DNA from: Mobula birostris
Lineage: Eukaryota
NCBI RefSeq assembly: GCF_030028105.1
Contig: NC_092376.1
Coordinates: 91,572,230-91,636,229, forward strand
Direction: 5' to 3'
Length of the DNA: 64,000 nt
Under the pieces are notes generated by a model, which searched no databases, had not been told where the DNA came from, and worked only from the letters and a program-made list of their open reading frames with translations. Shown here in pieces: positions 11,778 through 24,149 of the stretch; position 1 is the first letter of the stretch; each line of letters starts with the position of its first letter. The position numbers were made by a program, and so were the translations under genes.

Positions 11778-13350
11778 CATGGTGGCGTAGTGGTTAGCGC
11801 GACACTTTTGCAGCTCAAAGATCAGTTCAATCCTGGTGTCTTCTATCTCTCTTCCCCGTGGAATGCATGTACTTTCCCCTAGGGTGCCCTAGTTTCTTCC
11901 AACAACCTGAAGACATTCTTCTTGACTTCAGCACAGCATTCGATACTGTGGATTATGCCATTTTAATAGACCATCTCCAGTACAGGATTGGTGTTGATGG
12001 CACTGCGTTGAACTGATTTACATCCTACCTCAAAAATAGAAGCTTCACCGTCAACATAAGAAAATTTTCCTCTTCTCCAGCTAGCTTTTCCTCCAGGGTC
12101 CCACAAGGTTCTATCCTAGGTCCCATTCTTTTCTCTATATACATGCTTCCCCTTGGCCAAATCATTCAAAAATACGACATTTCCTTCCATTGTTATGCTG
12201 GTGACACACAGCTTTATCTCCCCTTGAGACCAAACGACCAGTCAAATCTAGTCAGCCTCATGAACTGCCTTGAGGACATAAAGTGTTGGATGGCACAAAA
12301 CTTCCTACAGCTGAATGAAGGCAAGTCTGAAGTTGTCCTATTTGGTCCCCTCCCGACTCCAACAAAGTGATTACCAACAGTCTTGGTAACCTGTCCACCC
12401 TTGTCAAACCCCATGTCAAAAACCTTGGTGTGATATTTGATTTCGCCTTTATGTTTGACAAGCAAGTTAATGCAGTAGTAAAAGCCAGTTTTTTCCAGCT
12501 TCGTACTATTGCCAAAATCAAGTCATTTCTCTCTTTCAAAGATCTTGAGAAAGTCATCCACACCCTTATATCCTCCTGCTTGGACTACTCCAACTCCCTG
12601 TATACTGGGATTAGTCAGTCGTCCCTGTCCCATCTGCAACTGGTCCAGAACACCGCAGCCAGGCTCCTGACAGGTGCCCGGAAGAGGGACCATATTACTC
12701 CTATCCTGGCCTCTCTCCACTGGCTACCAGTACGGTTTAGAATTGATTTTAAGGTTCTCCTGTTTGTTTTTAAAGCCGTAAATGGGCTGGCCCCCTCCTA
12801 TATCACAGACCTTCTAACCCCTTATTCTACTTCCAGGTCCCTCAGGTCGGCTCACTTGGGGCTCCTAGCTATCCCGTGATCTAAATTTAAGTTCAGGGGT
12901 GACCGTGCCTTTGCTGTTGTAGCCCCTAGACTGTGGAACAGCATTCCCCTTCCTGTCAGATCTGCCCCCTCCATTGACTCTTTTAAGGCCAGGTTCAAAA
13001 CTTACCTTTATTCACTCGTGTTTGAATCTTCCTGATATGGCTGATGGCTTCTGATTAGGCTCATGTGTTGTTTATTTTGTGCCTATAAGCCTTGTTGTTT
13101 ATATCTGTGCTTCTTGTATTTGTGATCTTAGCTACCTGTTTTGGATTGTACAGCATTTTGGTCAACATGGGTTGTTTTTAAATGTTCTTTATAAATAAAT
13201 TTGACTTGACTTGACTTGACTTGGGAGGGTTAATTGGTCATTGTAAATTGTCCCATGATTGGGTTAGGGTTAAATTGGGGTTGTTGGACAGTGTGGTTCG
13301 AAGGGCTAGAAGGGCCAATTTCACACAGTATCTCTAAGTAAATAAATAAA
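11778..13350 (+). mobile_element. V-SINE (HE1-like) split by an L2 insertion
   Basis: tRNA-like head at 11778-11917. The body resumes at 13223 (GGTTAATTGGTCATTGTAAATTG) and ends in (TAAA)n. Confidence 0.7.
11918..13222 (+). mobile_element. L2 LINE 3' half (RT domain to tail)
   Basis: LLDFSTAFDTVD, VPQGSILGP, FHCYAGDTQLY and HITPILASLHWLPVRFRIDFK motifs. Ends in AATAAA plus a (TTGAC)n tail. Confidence 0.9.
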
Positions 13351-13675
13351 TTGAATTTTGTGTAAGAAAATATGAGGTTATGCAACTTGGTAGAAAGTAT
13401 AAAAGTAATTATTCTTAAATAGTGAGTGCAGTGCATATAAATGTAAGTGTACCTTTAAGCTCAAGCATACTCTGCTGCTTGTATGACTTCTGATATCTCA
13501 TGACTGTTGCTCTGCTGTTCTTATCATTGTTTCTAAACAGAACATGGATTGGCAATGATTTTGATACTTGAAGGAGTAGGACAGTGGCACAATGTAAAGA
13601 AAATAGATGAGGGGATTCTCAGTGATGATGACAGCCAGTGCATGTGATGGATACATTGGTGAGTTTAAGAGATGC

Positions 13676-14478
13676 TCACTACTCTTGAGTAGCTTGTGGC
13701 CACCCTGACTGGTCCTTCATCAAGACAGCAACAAAACTAGCAGGGCGATCAGCCCAACAAACAAACAGAGGTAAGGAGCAAAGCAGATGGAAAAACATAG
13801 TCATCCCATATGTAACTGGAGTTTCAGAGTAACTGAGAAAGATTTTCATCAAACACCAAATCTCTGTGTTTTTCAGACCTACAAACACATTCAGGTAGAA
13901 ACTTGCCCACCTCAAAGAATCCTACACCCAAGGAAACAGAGCAATATGCTACCAAATGCAATGAGAACAGCTCAGATCTGTATATTAGCGAGACAAAACA
14001 AACATTTCACATACGGATGGCCCAACATAGGAGGGCTAACTCCTCAGATCAAGACATGGCTGTATATCTATACGTAAAAGACAAGGGACACTCCTTTGAT
14101 GGTAACAATGCACACATTTAGGACAGGTGGTTTGAAAGAGGGGTTAAAGAAGCTATCTTTGTCAAATTGGAGACCCCGTCCCTGAATAGAGGTGGTGGGG
14201 TATGACATCACCAATCAGCTACCTACAATGCAGTCCTAACATCTCTATCCCAGTGCCTCCACAACAGTTCACACCTCCATTCATGCAGAAATAAGACTAA
14301 TGACTTTCTCATTACCTCTACAACTCTTAACAACCCTCATGTGATTGCTATACCTTTAAACAACTCCAGAGTTAGTAAACTGGAAAATTACTCACCATGG
14401 ATCAGAACTGAAGAAGCCACTCAGATGATGGTGAAAAGTCTTCTAACAACACAGCAAGTTCAGTTGCTTTGATTTACT
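13676..14478 (+). mobile_element. Penelope-like element (Poseidon-type) 3' part with GIY-YIG endonuclease
   Basis: IVIPYVTGVSE.LRKIF, then YATKCNE..SDLYISETKQ....RMAQHRR, then WFERGVKEAI..K...PSLNRGGG. Confidence 0.85.
14404..14444 (+). ncRNA. Degenerate minimal type I hammerhead ribozyme motif in the PLE terminus
   Basis: AGAA-CTGAAGA-A-GCCA..TGGT-GAAA-AG-TC|TTCT. Stems I and II can pair. The stem III palindrome is altered (GAAAAGTC instead of GAAACGTC). Confidence 0.6.
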
Positions 14479-14479
14479 A

Positions 14480-16020
14480 TTGCTTGATAAACTTCCCTTG
14501 TCAGCCACAGTTGCCTACCCCTGCCATTTGAGAGCAACTTCTGTGGGACATATCTATCCTGCGCCTTGTGAATTATCCCCAGAAACTTCAGCCACCTCTG
14601 CTCTGCCATCATCCCTGCCAGTATCCTCCTCCAATCCACCTGGGTAAGCTCCTCTCTCATGCCTCTGTAATTCCACTGCAATACTGATCCATGATACTTA
14701 TGCTTCTTCCTCTCAAATTGTAGTATGAATTCAATCATATTCTGATCACTACCTCCTAAGGGTTCCTTTACATTAAGCTCTCGAATAAGATCTAGGTTAT
14801 TACACATGACCCAATCGAAGATAGCCTTTCCCCAAGTAGGCTGAAGCACAAGCTGCTCTAAAAAGCTATTTCATAGGCATTCAACAAATTCCCTCTCTTG
14901 CAATCCACCGTCAACCTGATTTTCCCAATCCCCTTGCATTTTGGAGTCCCCCATAACAACTGTGACGTTATCCTTCTTACATGCCTTTTCTAAGTCCCTT
15001 TGCAATCTCAGCCCCACATTCTAGCTACTATTTGAAGGCCTATCTATGATTCCCATAATGTTTTTTTTTAAACCTTGTGGTTTCCTAACTCCACCCACAA
15101 AGATTCAACATTCCCTGAGCCTAAGTCACTTCTTTCTAAAGATGTCACTCCAACTCTTACCAACAGAGCCACACCACTGTTTGTGCCTTCCTGTCTGTCC
15201 TTTTGATACAAAGTATATCCTTTGATGTTTAGCTCCCAACTATGGCCTTCTTTCAGCCACGACTCAGTGATGACCACAACATCATACCAACCAATCTCTA
15301 ATTGTGCCATGAGTTCGTCCACCTTATTCCAAATGCTACACACATTTAAATACAACACAACACCTTCGGTCGTGCATTCTTTGCCCTTTTTAATTTTGCC
15401 TCGATGGTACAATTTAAATCATTGCTCTGTCTGCATTTGCACCCAATTGTCCTTCCATACATTCATGTTACACCCATCATCTACTTCGAAACCTGCTGGC
15501 TCATCCTCAGCTCTATCATATTGGCTCCCATCCCCCTGCCATATTAGTTTAAACCACTCTCAACAGCTCTAGTAAACCTGCCTGCAAGAATTTTGGTCCC
15601 CCTCGGATTCAGATGCAGCCCATCCCTTCTCTACAGGTCCCACCTGCCACAGAAGTCCCAATTATCCAGAAATCTGAATCCCTGCCCCTTGCTCTAATTC
15701 ATCAGCCACACAGTTATCTGCCACCTCATTCTATTCCTATCCTTACTGTTGCTTGGCACAGGCAGCAATGCCAAGATTACTATCCTTGAGGTCCTGCTTC
15801 TCAGCTTCCTTCCTAACTCCCTGTACTCTGGTTTCAGGGTCTCCTCCCTTTTTCTACTTATGTAATTGATACTAATATGTACCACGGCGTCTAGCTGCTC
15901 ACCCTCCCTTTTCAGGATATTATGGACATGTTTGGAAACATCGCAGATCCTGGCATCTGGGTGGCAAACTACCATCTGTGTTTCTTTTTTGCATCCACGG
16001 AATTGCCTATCTGTCCCCTT
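14480..16020 (-). mobile_element. CR1 LINE fragment (ORF1 esterase and endonuclease)
   Basis: VVHISINYI (esterase), LYLNVCSIWNKVDEL...VITESWL and KEPLGGSDQNMIEF. Confidence 0.85.
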
Positions 16021-17984
16021 AAAGGGTATTCAGGGATTGCTTAGTCAGTGGAATTTAGGTGAAACTAATGATATCCTGGATTTACTATCTGACAGAACAT
16101 CCAAATAGAGAGAGCATTTAGAAATGTGAAGCAATTTCACTTTGGATATGATCCTGATGTGTAAGTAGGGAACAAATGCATAAAAGTAGTAATGAACTCT
16201 TCACTGCTGTCTCAACTTGACTCTATGTCTAGAGTACTGGCAACAGTACAAGTCGGTCAATATTGAAAGAGAAGTTTTTGTGCCATCTCCTGTTCCTACA
16301 TCTTATGATCTTATTACAAGCCATTTCAGTGGAAACCAGTGGGTCATTTCCTACCAAGGGTATGAAGGCTGCAAGTCTCCTACTTGTTTTCATTTTTTGT
16401 ATTTCCTCATGAGGAGGAAATCCATGCAATCACAGAGAGACACAGCAGAGCAGGGGAACACAATCAAACCCAGATCACTGGATCTGTGGGACTGCTGTAC
16501 CAGCACTTCTTTGTGGCATGGGAACCAGCTGTTCATCCAATCTCCAGACAAAGTTCCTGGATGATTGCAGGGATTATATTCTGCTGCTGCTGGCCAACCA
16601 ATCACTTCTCAGTTCTTTCTCGTGAAGTTTATAGGCCCATTAAACTCTTCCTGTCTGTGTCAAAATAACTAGTTTTGATTTAAACTCATGCAATTGCAGA
16701 AGGAAAGAATTCATGTAATGAATGTCAGAGCAGACTCAGAACACCCATTCCAGATGTTTCATTGTCACAGAGCTGGGCATGCTCATAGAAACATCGAGGG
16801 ACAGAGGGCAGAAGTGGACTCTTTTGGCCTTCCTCATCTATGTTGACCATAATGTCTACCTACACCTATCCCAAATGCCCATGTTAGGCCCTACCTCTGT
16901 GTTCTTTCGGTCCATAGGCAATCGATGACACAAAAGGAAGCCATGCAGTCTATAGCATCCATGCTTGTTGAAAATTTGCTTTAGAGACTCTGCTGTGAAG
17001 AGAGATGAGAGTGATTGTCCCTCTGAAGAGGATAGCCAGAATTAAGTGAAGACCACAAAACTGAGGGTACCTGAGTGCTGGATGGGAAAGTGACAAAATA
17101 CAACGTCAACTGCAATTTGTAAGAATGGGAGGAAACATATAAAATCCCCAGGGATCTTGACAGGTTGAATACAGAGAGGAAAAAAAATCCCCATATTGTA
17201 TAGGGTAATATTTCCCTGAAGCCTCTATTCGCCTCACATGCAAAGGACTATGAATGTAAAAGAGTCCGGCTGGGGTACCTCACACATGGTGCACAACTGA
17301 TAATGAAATGATCCATTCCACCACTTCCTTCCCACAGGGTAGGTGCTATGGGATGTATATTAAAGGCTGCGGTGTTACATGAGCAGGTAGTTCTAAGTAG
17401 GCCTATCAATAACGATGTGTTGTTCTGTCATTGGTCAGTCTAGTTGTTTGAAATGCCTCAAGCACGTCTGGCTGAGATAAAACAAAACATTGGGCACAAA
17501 CGTAGCACAATCCCTCTGAGTTAGGGAGGAATGAAATGCCAGTTTCAATGTGTCAGTTTGTCTGTCGGTACAGTGAGGTGATCCAGGCACCACTCATACA
17601 TCAGAGAGTATTTGCCCAATCAAGAGAACCGTATGTCTAGTGGGTTTGGGAACACTCTAGCCAACAGACACAGGCAGACCAGGCTGAGGAGAGTGTAGCT
17701 CCAATTAACCTGTAACAGAAACCAAAGTTCTCCATCTACCACACTTGGCACCCAGGCTATGTTCCCGTAAGAGTGCAAAGAGAATGGGTACTAAAATAGA
17801 TCATTAAAGACAGCCATGCAGTGCTGGAATCCCAGCCTTTGTACTGCTGTACATTGCTGTGCTAGGCAACAAGGCTGAATCTAACAACGGGTCGGTCCAT
17901 AGCCACTGTGTTGTGCAGGTCACGGGAAGCCATGTAGCTGACATACTCAGACATTAGTGACTGATGACACTGCCAGCAACTGCG

Positions 17985-18262
17985 TCAGCTGTTCACACAC
18001 TCGCTATGTTTTGAGTCAAGACCCTTTGGCGAGACTGGATTAAAAAAGATGAGGAGTAGATTTAAAAGCTGGGGGAGGGGAGAGAGAAACACAAGGTGAT
18101 GGGTGAAACCAGGAGGGGAAGAATGAAGTAAAGAGCTGGGAGGTTGATTGGTGAAAGAGATACAGGGCTGGAGAAGGGAGAGTCTGATAGGAATGGACAG
18201 AAGGCCATGGAAGAAAGAATAGGGGGAGTGGACAGTACGGAAGGTTAAGGTTATAGCAAGAT
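17985..18262 (-). mobile_element. Neptune-type PLE 3' fragment
   Basis: Purine-rich body homologous to 37121-37430 and 63540-63790, with a decayed terminus. Confidence 0.65.
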
Positions 18263-18264
18263 AC

Positions 18265-19960
18265 TGATGAAATTGGAAAGTGCGCAATGGAATTTAGCTC
18301 AAACAAATATGTATTGTAAGTATTTTGGAAAGCTAAACCAGCTCAGAGCATACACAGTGAATGGCAGGCCCCAGGGAATATTATTGAATAGAAAGACAAG
18401 AACATAGTTCCCTGAAGAAGGTAAGATAGTGAAAACAGGCATACAGCATGCCTTCCTTTATTAGCCAAGGAATTCAGCACAAGGTCATGTTAGTTGTACA
18501 ATATTTCAGTCAGGCCATTCTGAGAATACTGTGTGCAATTCTGATCCCCACACTACTGGAATGATATGAAAAGCTAGGGAGGGTGAAGAAAAGATTTACA
18601 AGGATGTTGCCTGGTTTAGAAGACTTGAGTTGAAAGGAAAGTCAGCATCTAACAAATCTGATCGAGTTTTTTGATGACAAAGGAGCTTGATGAGGGTAAG
18701 ACAGTGGATGTTAGCTACATGGACTTTAGTAAGGCATTGATAATGTCCCTCATGGTAAGGTCATTCAGAAGGTAAAGATGAATGGGATTAAGGATCAATT
18801 GCAAGTTTGGATTCAGAAGACAGGAAGAAGAGTTGGAAGGCTGTTATTCTCACTGGAAGTCTGTGACCAGTGGTGCTCCACTAGGATTGATAATGGGACA
18901 CCTGTTGTGTGATGTATGTCAATCACATGGATGAAAATGCAGTTGAGTGGATGAGACCAAGACTGGAGGAGTTCTGGACTGTGTGAAGAATACGGTAGGA
19001 TCCAGATCAGTTACAGACATGGGTAGAGTAGTGGAAGATGGGGTTTAATCTTGCCAAGTGTGTCGTATTGCACATAGGGAGGTCAAATGGAAGTGGGAAG
19101 TAATTAGTTAAAGGTAGACCCTAAATAGCATTTTAGTACAGAACGATGTTTGTGTTCAAGTCCCCAGTTGACGGAAAGTGGCTATGAAAGAGGATTAGGT
19201 GGTAAAGAATGCATATCGCATGCTAGTGTTCATCGTTGAAAATAAGAGTAAGGAAATCGTGCTGCAGATACAATATACAAAACTTTAATCAGACTACACT
19301 TAAAAAATAGCTCTATTTGTCACATGCACATCCCATCATACAGCAAATTGTGTTGTTTGTGCCCAAGACCAACACAGTTGGAGGATGTGCTTGAACACTC
19401 GGAATACTGCATGCAGGAAGGATGTAGGGGCTGTGGAGAAGGTGCAGGTCACCAGTATTAGAAGGTAAACGCTATAAGGAAAGATTAGACAAACTTAGGC
19501 TGTTCTCCCTAGCACACTCGAGGCTAAGGTGAGACCTGATACAGGTTTTTAAAATTATAAGCATGGATTGGGTAGAGTAGGAATGGTTTCCACATGGTAA
19601 TATCAAACACCGAAGTTTATGTTTTAAGCTGGGGGGGAGGGGCAGGTTTAAAAAATGGAGATTGGTATGAGCCTGAAATGGGTTTCTGAGGTTCTAGTGA
19701 AATCAGAGAATCTTGTGGAGTTTAAGAGGCTTTTGATTAAAAACATGAATATTAAGGGAATAGAGGGATGTACGTGATTTAATATAAATTGGCATCAAAA
19801 TAAGCACAATATAGTGGACAGAATAACCTGTCCAGGGCACTACTATTCTATGTTCTGTCTGTATTCCATGGTTGGAATGTCTAAAACAGAGGGCATAGAA
19901 TTAAGATGAGAGGGGGTAAGTTTTCAGGCAACCCGAGGGCCAAATTTTTCAAAGGTGGTT
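18265..19960 (+). mobile_element. Old, highly decayed CR1 RT and 3' fragments
   Basis: Recognisable YMDFSKA, VTSG.P.G, FN..KC.VLH and 3'-tail remnants. Confidence 0.65.
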
Positions 19961-20357
19961 TCTGCAATGAGTTGCCACAGTAGGTAGCAATGATGAGGTA
20001 TCTGAGCAGGTAATTGGCTGAGGGATAAACAGAAGACGAGATTTGCCTGTTACATGGTAGATAATCTGATCCATGTTTCCTTTGGCCCAGTCCAGCATCC
20101 TGTTGGACATCGATTGTTTCAGAAAATGTTGAATCAAAACAGCACATTTGGAATAACTGTTGCTATTTCACTACTTGCATTACACTTAGATAATAAAAGC
20201 TAACATATTTGTGAATTTCCTTTCATGATTCTACACTAAAATGACTTCAACTAGAATGGAAACAACAGGAATTCTGCAGATGCTGGAAATTCAAGCAACA
20301 CACATCAAAGTTGCTGGTGAACGCAGCAGGCCAGGCAGCATCTCTAGGAAGAGGTGC

Positions 20358-20393
20358 AGTCGACGTTTCAGGCCGAGACCCTTCGTCAGGACT
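20358..20393 (-). ncRNA. Minimal type I hammerhead ribozyme (PLE-type)
   Basis: Minus strand reads AGUC-CUGACGA-AGG(gucucgg)CCU-GAAA-CG-UC|GACU. Core is intact, stem I is AGUC/GACU, and stem III is the palindrome ACGU. Confidence 0.8.
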
Positions 20394-20461
20394 AACTGAA
20401 GGAAGGACGTTTCAGGCCGAGACCCTTCGTCAGGACTAACTGAAGGAAGCTTCCTTCAGTT

Positions 20462-20497
20462 AGTCCTGACGAAGGGTCTCGGCCTGAAACGTCGACT
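20462..20497 (+). ncRNA. Minimal type I hammerhead ribozyme (inverted copy)
   Basis: Identical motif on the plus strand, with predicted cleavage after 20493. Confidence 0.8.
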
Positions 20498-20679
20498 GCA
20501 CCTCTTCCTAGAGATGCTGCCTGGCCTGCTGCGTTCACCAGCAACTTTGATGTGTGTTGCTCAACTAGAATGGAGTGTTTTATGTAAAGTTACACTACCT
20601 CCTCCAGTTTCTTACTATCCGCTTTCTTTTGGAATTATATTCAAACCTACGATCTTAATACCTTACAACCTTTGCTTGG

Positions 20680-21202
20680 TTTATTTACCTTAAGTCTTGA
20701 TAACATTTGTTTGTTACTTTTTGTCTACAATGTTGCTGCTTTGCTTGGTTCATCATCAGCTTGGGATGTTATTACCAGTGTAAAACAACTTCTCAGTTAA
20801 TTAAATGTCAATTCCAATACCAAGGACAGTCATATTTTAGATGTTGACAATAATCCTAATTAAAGGTGTTTACATGGTAAAAAAGTACATACTTCCTTTT
20901 ACAGCAGTCAAACTAAACAACAGGCTCATGCACCAACAGCTTAACAGCCGGCATGTTATGAGTCAGGTTTAAAAAATGTTGCATTACCTGTTCTCTCAGA
21001 GAACATCGCACGTACAACAAAAGCACTCTTTGCTATTGCACTCCCAAGTTGATCTTCCTTGTGGCTAAGATTTATAATGCTTTAGTTTAAAAATAGAAAA
21101 TTTAAAGAGTTGGTTTTAATTAAACACATTAAGATGAAACAACCAGCATACCAGTTGTTTAATTGCATAGTATCATATCGTGGTGTGCATTATAGTTTTA
21201 TT
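20680..21202 (-). terminator. LIG4: Candidate LIG4 polyadenylation signals
   Basis: AATAAA on the minus strand at 21197-21202 and 20680-20685. Which one is used is unknown. Confidence 0.4.
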
Positions 21203-21410
21203 TCTTCATGAAAAACCTCAGTTTTGTAAATAAGGACTGTTAGTAATCTTTACCTGGAATTAAAGACAATGAGCTAGGAGAAAAATATTCATTTATATAA
21301 CAGATTCAGACACTATTTTGCAGTTGGTGAACATAATGACTGCACAGCTCTACATTGCCCTCTAAGAATTGCCTGTTCTTACTCATTTTTCAATGATTTT
21401 TAGCAATCTT

Positions 21411-24149
21411 CTAAAGTAAGTAAACTTTTTCATCTTGCATGCACCCAGCTTTCAGTGAATCAGATACCCATGATTCCATCACAATTTTGAATTTCCTTTC
21501 AAATGTTCTCCTGAGCAATTTCAGTTCTGAGAGACGTTGTTTATCAATAGCAATAATGACATGGGAGACACCTTCATGCAGTCTCGTGACACACTTCGCG
21601 CCATGAAAACGCAGCTCCAAGGCCCTCAGGTCTAAGCTTGTGTTGCGTATCCATGTACTGGAGTCACCAATTCTGCTGTAGAAGTCAATATAAATTATGC
21701 AGCCTCTGAACATACGTAGAGGTGATTTGTCCCAGAAGTACTGATGCTCCAGGTCAGCAATAGATGAGAAGGGCAATTTCTTTACTGGTTTATTCATTCT
21801 TTTGAAAACTTCTTGTAGCTGGGTTTTATCAACATCAGCATAATAGCTGTCACCGTAGCTATCATATTCTTGAGCAAAATGTTCTTCTGTTGAAGGTGAC
21901 ATATGAATCATAAACTGAGGTTGCCAGGGTACAAAATGTTTCTTTTTCAAACAATCAACCAACCAATCAGCTTTCACAATATCATGCTCATTAGCAGTGA
22001 CAAGGTTTTTGACACGGATATTGACAGTGCCCACAATGACGCAGTAAGTATCAGGTCCAGGATTCTGTACAACTAATCCTCCACATTCAGCTATTCCCTT
22101 TTCCAGATCAGCTTTAGGATAATGGTCAAGACCATTTAAGACACAAAACTCAACATTTTCAAAAATATTAGAAACTTTGCTGATATTGGATAGATCTTGG
22201 GCCTTAAACTGTTCTGCAATACCAATCAATTTTTTGACTTTTGTCAAAACTTTACGTTTCTTCTTCTCTGGCTCATCATCGTTTAGGTCTACGTGTTTGG
22301 ATGCAAGTTTCCCTGATGCTTTTTGGTGCAATTGACTCAGATCATGCAAGGTCATGCACTCATACCAGTGTTTATCATCTCTGATCTTCTCAATTCGTGG
22401 AAAACGCAACGTACAACCTGTTTTATACGCATCACTGTTTACAATTTCAGCTGCCTTAATTTGCAGAATGACCGAATTGCAGGGCTCGATATAGACCTCT
22501 GGTTTTTCAGTACCACACAGGATACTTGCAGGAGGATCTTTTTTCTGGTAAGGTTTCCAGTGATTAGCTAATTTCAGCCCCAGGTCGTACAGTTCTTTCA
22601 TTGTGTATCCAGAGCCTACACGGCAAACTGAGTGAAAGACTGATGGTTTCTCACCAGCTGAAGGAACTTCTGCAACAGCACACAGAAAATGAGACACCAT
22701 TCCACCCCGATGACCTTTACCAAAGTAACCTCCAACAATCAAGATGTCAAGCTCATCCATCAATCCATCAACATATTCTGGTTTAATTTTCAACCAGCCT
22801 TCACCACGTTTATCTGGTTTATAAACAGATAAAGGATCCTTTATCATGATTCCTTCTTCCCGTTTATCTATGGCATCATTCAAGGCATCAGCAACATCTT
22901 TTTTTGTTTTTATTTCTGTTTTTTCCACAACCTGAAAATGACCTGGCACTGATGTGAAGATAGTCTGAAGGATTTCATGTCTTTTCCTGAGAGTTTCATT
23001 TGCCATTTTCTGATTATTTACCATTAGCACATCAAATACACAGAAACAAGTTTGTAATTCTGAATCCTCCACCATTCTTTTGATATCAAATTTGTTTCCT
23101 TTCTGCATAAAGGTTTTGGTAACTGGGTTGTAGGCCATCATTTCTCCATCAAGGATGCAATTTTGCACTGTGCTCTTGAAGGTATTGTGAATAAATGGTG
23201 TGAGAGATCCTTGTAATGGTGAAGCACCAAACTGTTGGCTGTAATCATAGCTATTACGTGAAAAATATTTGTAAATATCTCCATCTTTGTGAAGCTGCAT
23301 ACGCTCCCCATCTAATTTAGTTTCTAGGTAAAAACTCTGATTGTGCATTAACTTTTCAATGTTTTTCATATTAGCAACACCAGCAAGCATTGGCTTAAAA
23401 GCAGAAAACAACATGATGGAGACATCACTGAGGGATACACTGGGATCATGGAGCTGTCTGCAAACTTTTTCCAAATCTGTTGTCACGCTATAAAGCTCTA
23501 CAGCATCTGGATGGAATAACTGAAGTATAGTTTGTTGACTGATGCCTAACTTCATGTCTTTCAGGATCATACGAATAAGCCACTTTTGTTCCAATGCAGA
23601 ACTCTGACAGATTAAATGCAACAGGCTCTTTTTGACTAAATCTTTCTTCTTGACAGCATTATTAAGTGCAATGGAGTCCAGATGTTCATTTACCCCACAA
23701 ATAGTCAACGAGCCTTTATTTGGACACCTCTGTTTCAGAACAAAATATGCAATCACAGCAAAATCACCTGCCTCTCCATATGAGGTTGTTGGAGCTCGAT
23801 AATTCAAGAGTTTCAGAGCATCTTTTCCCTCTTTTGGCAAACCAAGAACTTCAATGTAAAGTTTTGCGAGCATTGTTTCTTTAATGCCATATGCCATCCT
23901 CTCCCTCTCAAGTTGAGGAAGTATCAGGCGGAGTGCTGGGTAGAAAGAATCAGTGGTGTCTAAATCATTCTTATGAAGAGCATTATGAAATTTTCTCCAT
24001 GAATCCAGGAAGTCTTTGAAATACCTGTTTTTTTCCGGTCTGGATTTAGTTTTCTGTATGTTTTCCAAAGTTGAACAGAGGTCACTGAAGGGAACTTCAG
24101 AAGCCACAGTTTTTACTGGTGAACTGTGCGACACAGATGCCGCAGACAT
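21411..24149 (-). CDS. LIG4: DNA ligase 4 (912 aa, single coding exon)
   Basis: Uninterrupted ORF with N-terminal [11 protein letters not shown]...[32 protein letters not shown], adenylation motif [10 protein letters not shown]-fold [13 protein letters not shown]-like KKKRK, and tandem BRCT domains with an XRCC4-binding linker (EYDSYGDSY). First ATG at 24149. Splice acceptor TTTTCAG ends at 24190. Confidence 0.99.
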   Translation of the reverse strand: MSAASVSHSSPVKTVASEVPFSDLCSTLENIQKTKSRPEKNRYFKDFLDSWRKFHNALHKNDLDTTDSFYPALRLILPQLERERMAYGIKETMLAKLYIEVLGLPKEGKDALKLLNYRAPTTSYGEAGDFAVIAYFVLKQRCPNKGSLTICGVNEHLDSIALNNAVKKKDLVKKSLLHLICQSSALEQKWLIRMILKDMKLGISQQTILQLFHPDAVELYSVTTDLEKVCRQLHDPSVSLSDVSIMLFSAFKPMLAGVANMKNIEKLMHNQSFYLETKLDGERMQLHKDGDIYKYFSRNSYDYSQQFGASPLQGSLTPFIHNTFKSTVQNCILDGEMMAYNPVTKTFMQKGNKFDIKRMVEDSELQTCFCVFDVLMVNNQKMANETLRKRHEILQTIFTSVPGHFQVVEKTEIKTKKDVADALNDAIDKREEGIMIKDPLSVYKPDKRGEGWLKIKPEYVDGLMDELDILIVGGYFGKGHRGGMVSHFLCAVAEVPSAGEKPSVFHSVCRVGSGYTMKELYDLGLKLANHWKPYQKKDPPASILCGTEKPEVYIEPCNSVILQIKAAEIVNSDAYKTGCTLRFPRIEKIRDDKHWYECMTLHDLSQLHQKASGKLASKHVDLNDDEPEKKKRKVLTKVKKLIGIAEQFKAQDLSNISKVSNIFENVEFCVLNGLDHYPKADLEKGIAECGGLVVQNPGPDTYCVIVGTVNIRVKNLVTANEHDIVKADWLVDCLKKKHFVPWQPQFMIHMSPSTEEHFAQEYDSYGDSYYADVDKTQLQEVFKRMNKPVKKLPFSSIADLEHQYFWDKSPLRMFRGCIIYIDFYSRIGDSSTWIRNTSLDLRALELRFHGAKCVTRLHEGVSHVIIAIDKQRLSELKLLRRTFERKFKIVMESWVSDSLKAGCMQDEKVYLL

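Larger units (their letters stand above)
20261..20560 (-). mobile_element. Young PLE (Neptune-type) terminus-derived fold-back insertion
   Basis: 14-bp TSD TCAACTAGAATGGA at 20247-20260 and 20561-20574. Arms 20294-20405 and 20450-20561 are exact reverse complements. 44-bp tandem duplication at 20362-20405 and 20406-20449. Confidence 0.92.

Noticed and set aside
20294-20561. Pre-miRNA gene, rho-independent terminator or classical MITE
   Set aside because: The arms are PLE terminus sequence found unpaired elsewhere (33044, 63417). The inverted arms do not reach the left end of the insert, and the 14-bp TSD fits retrotransposition.
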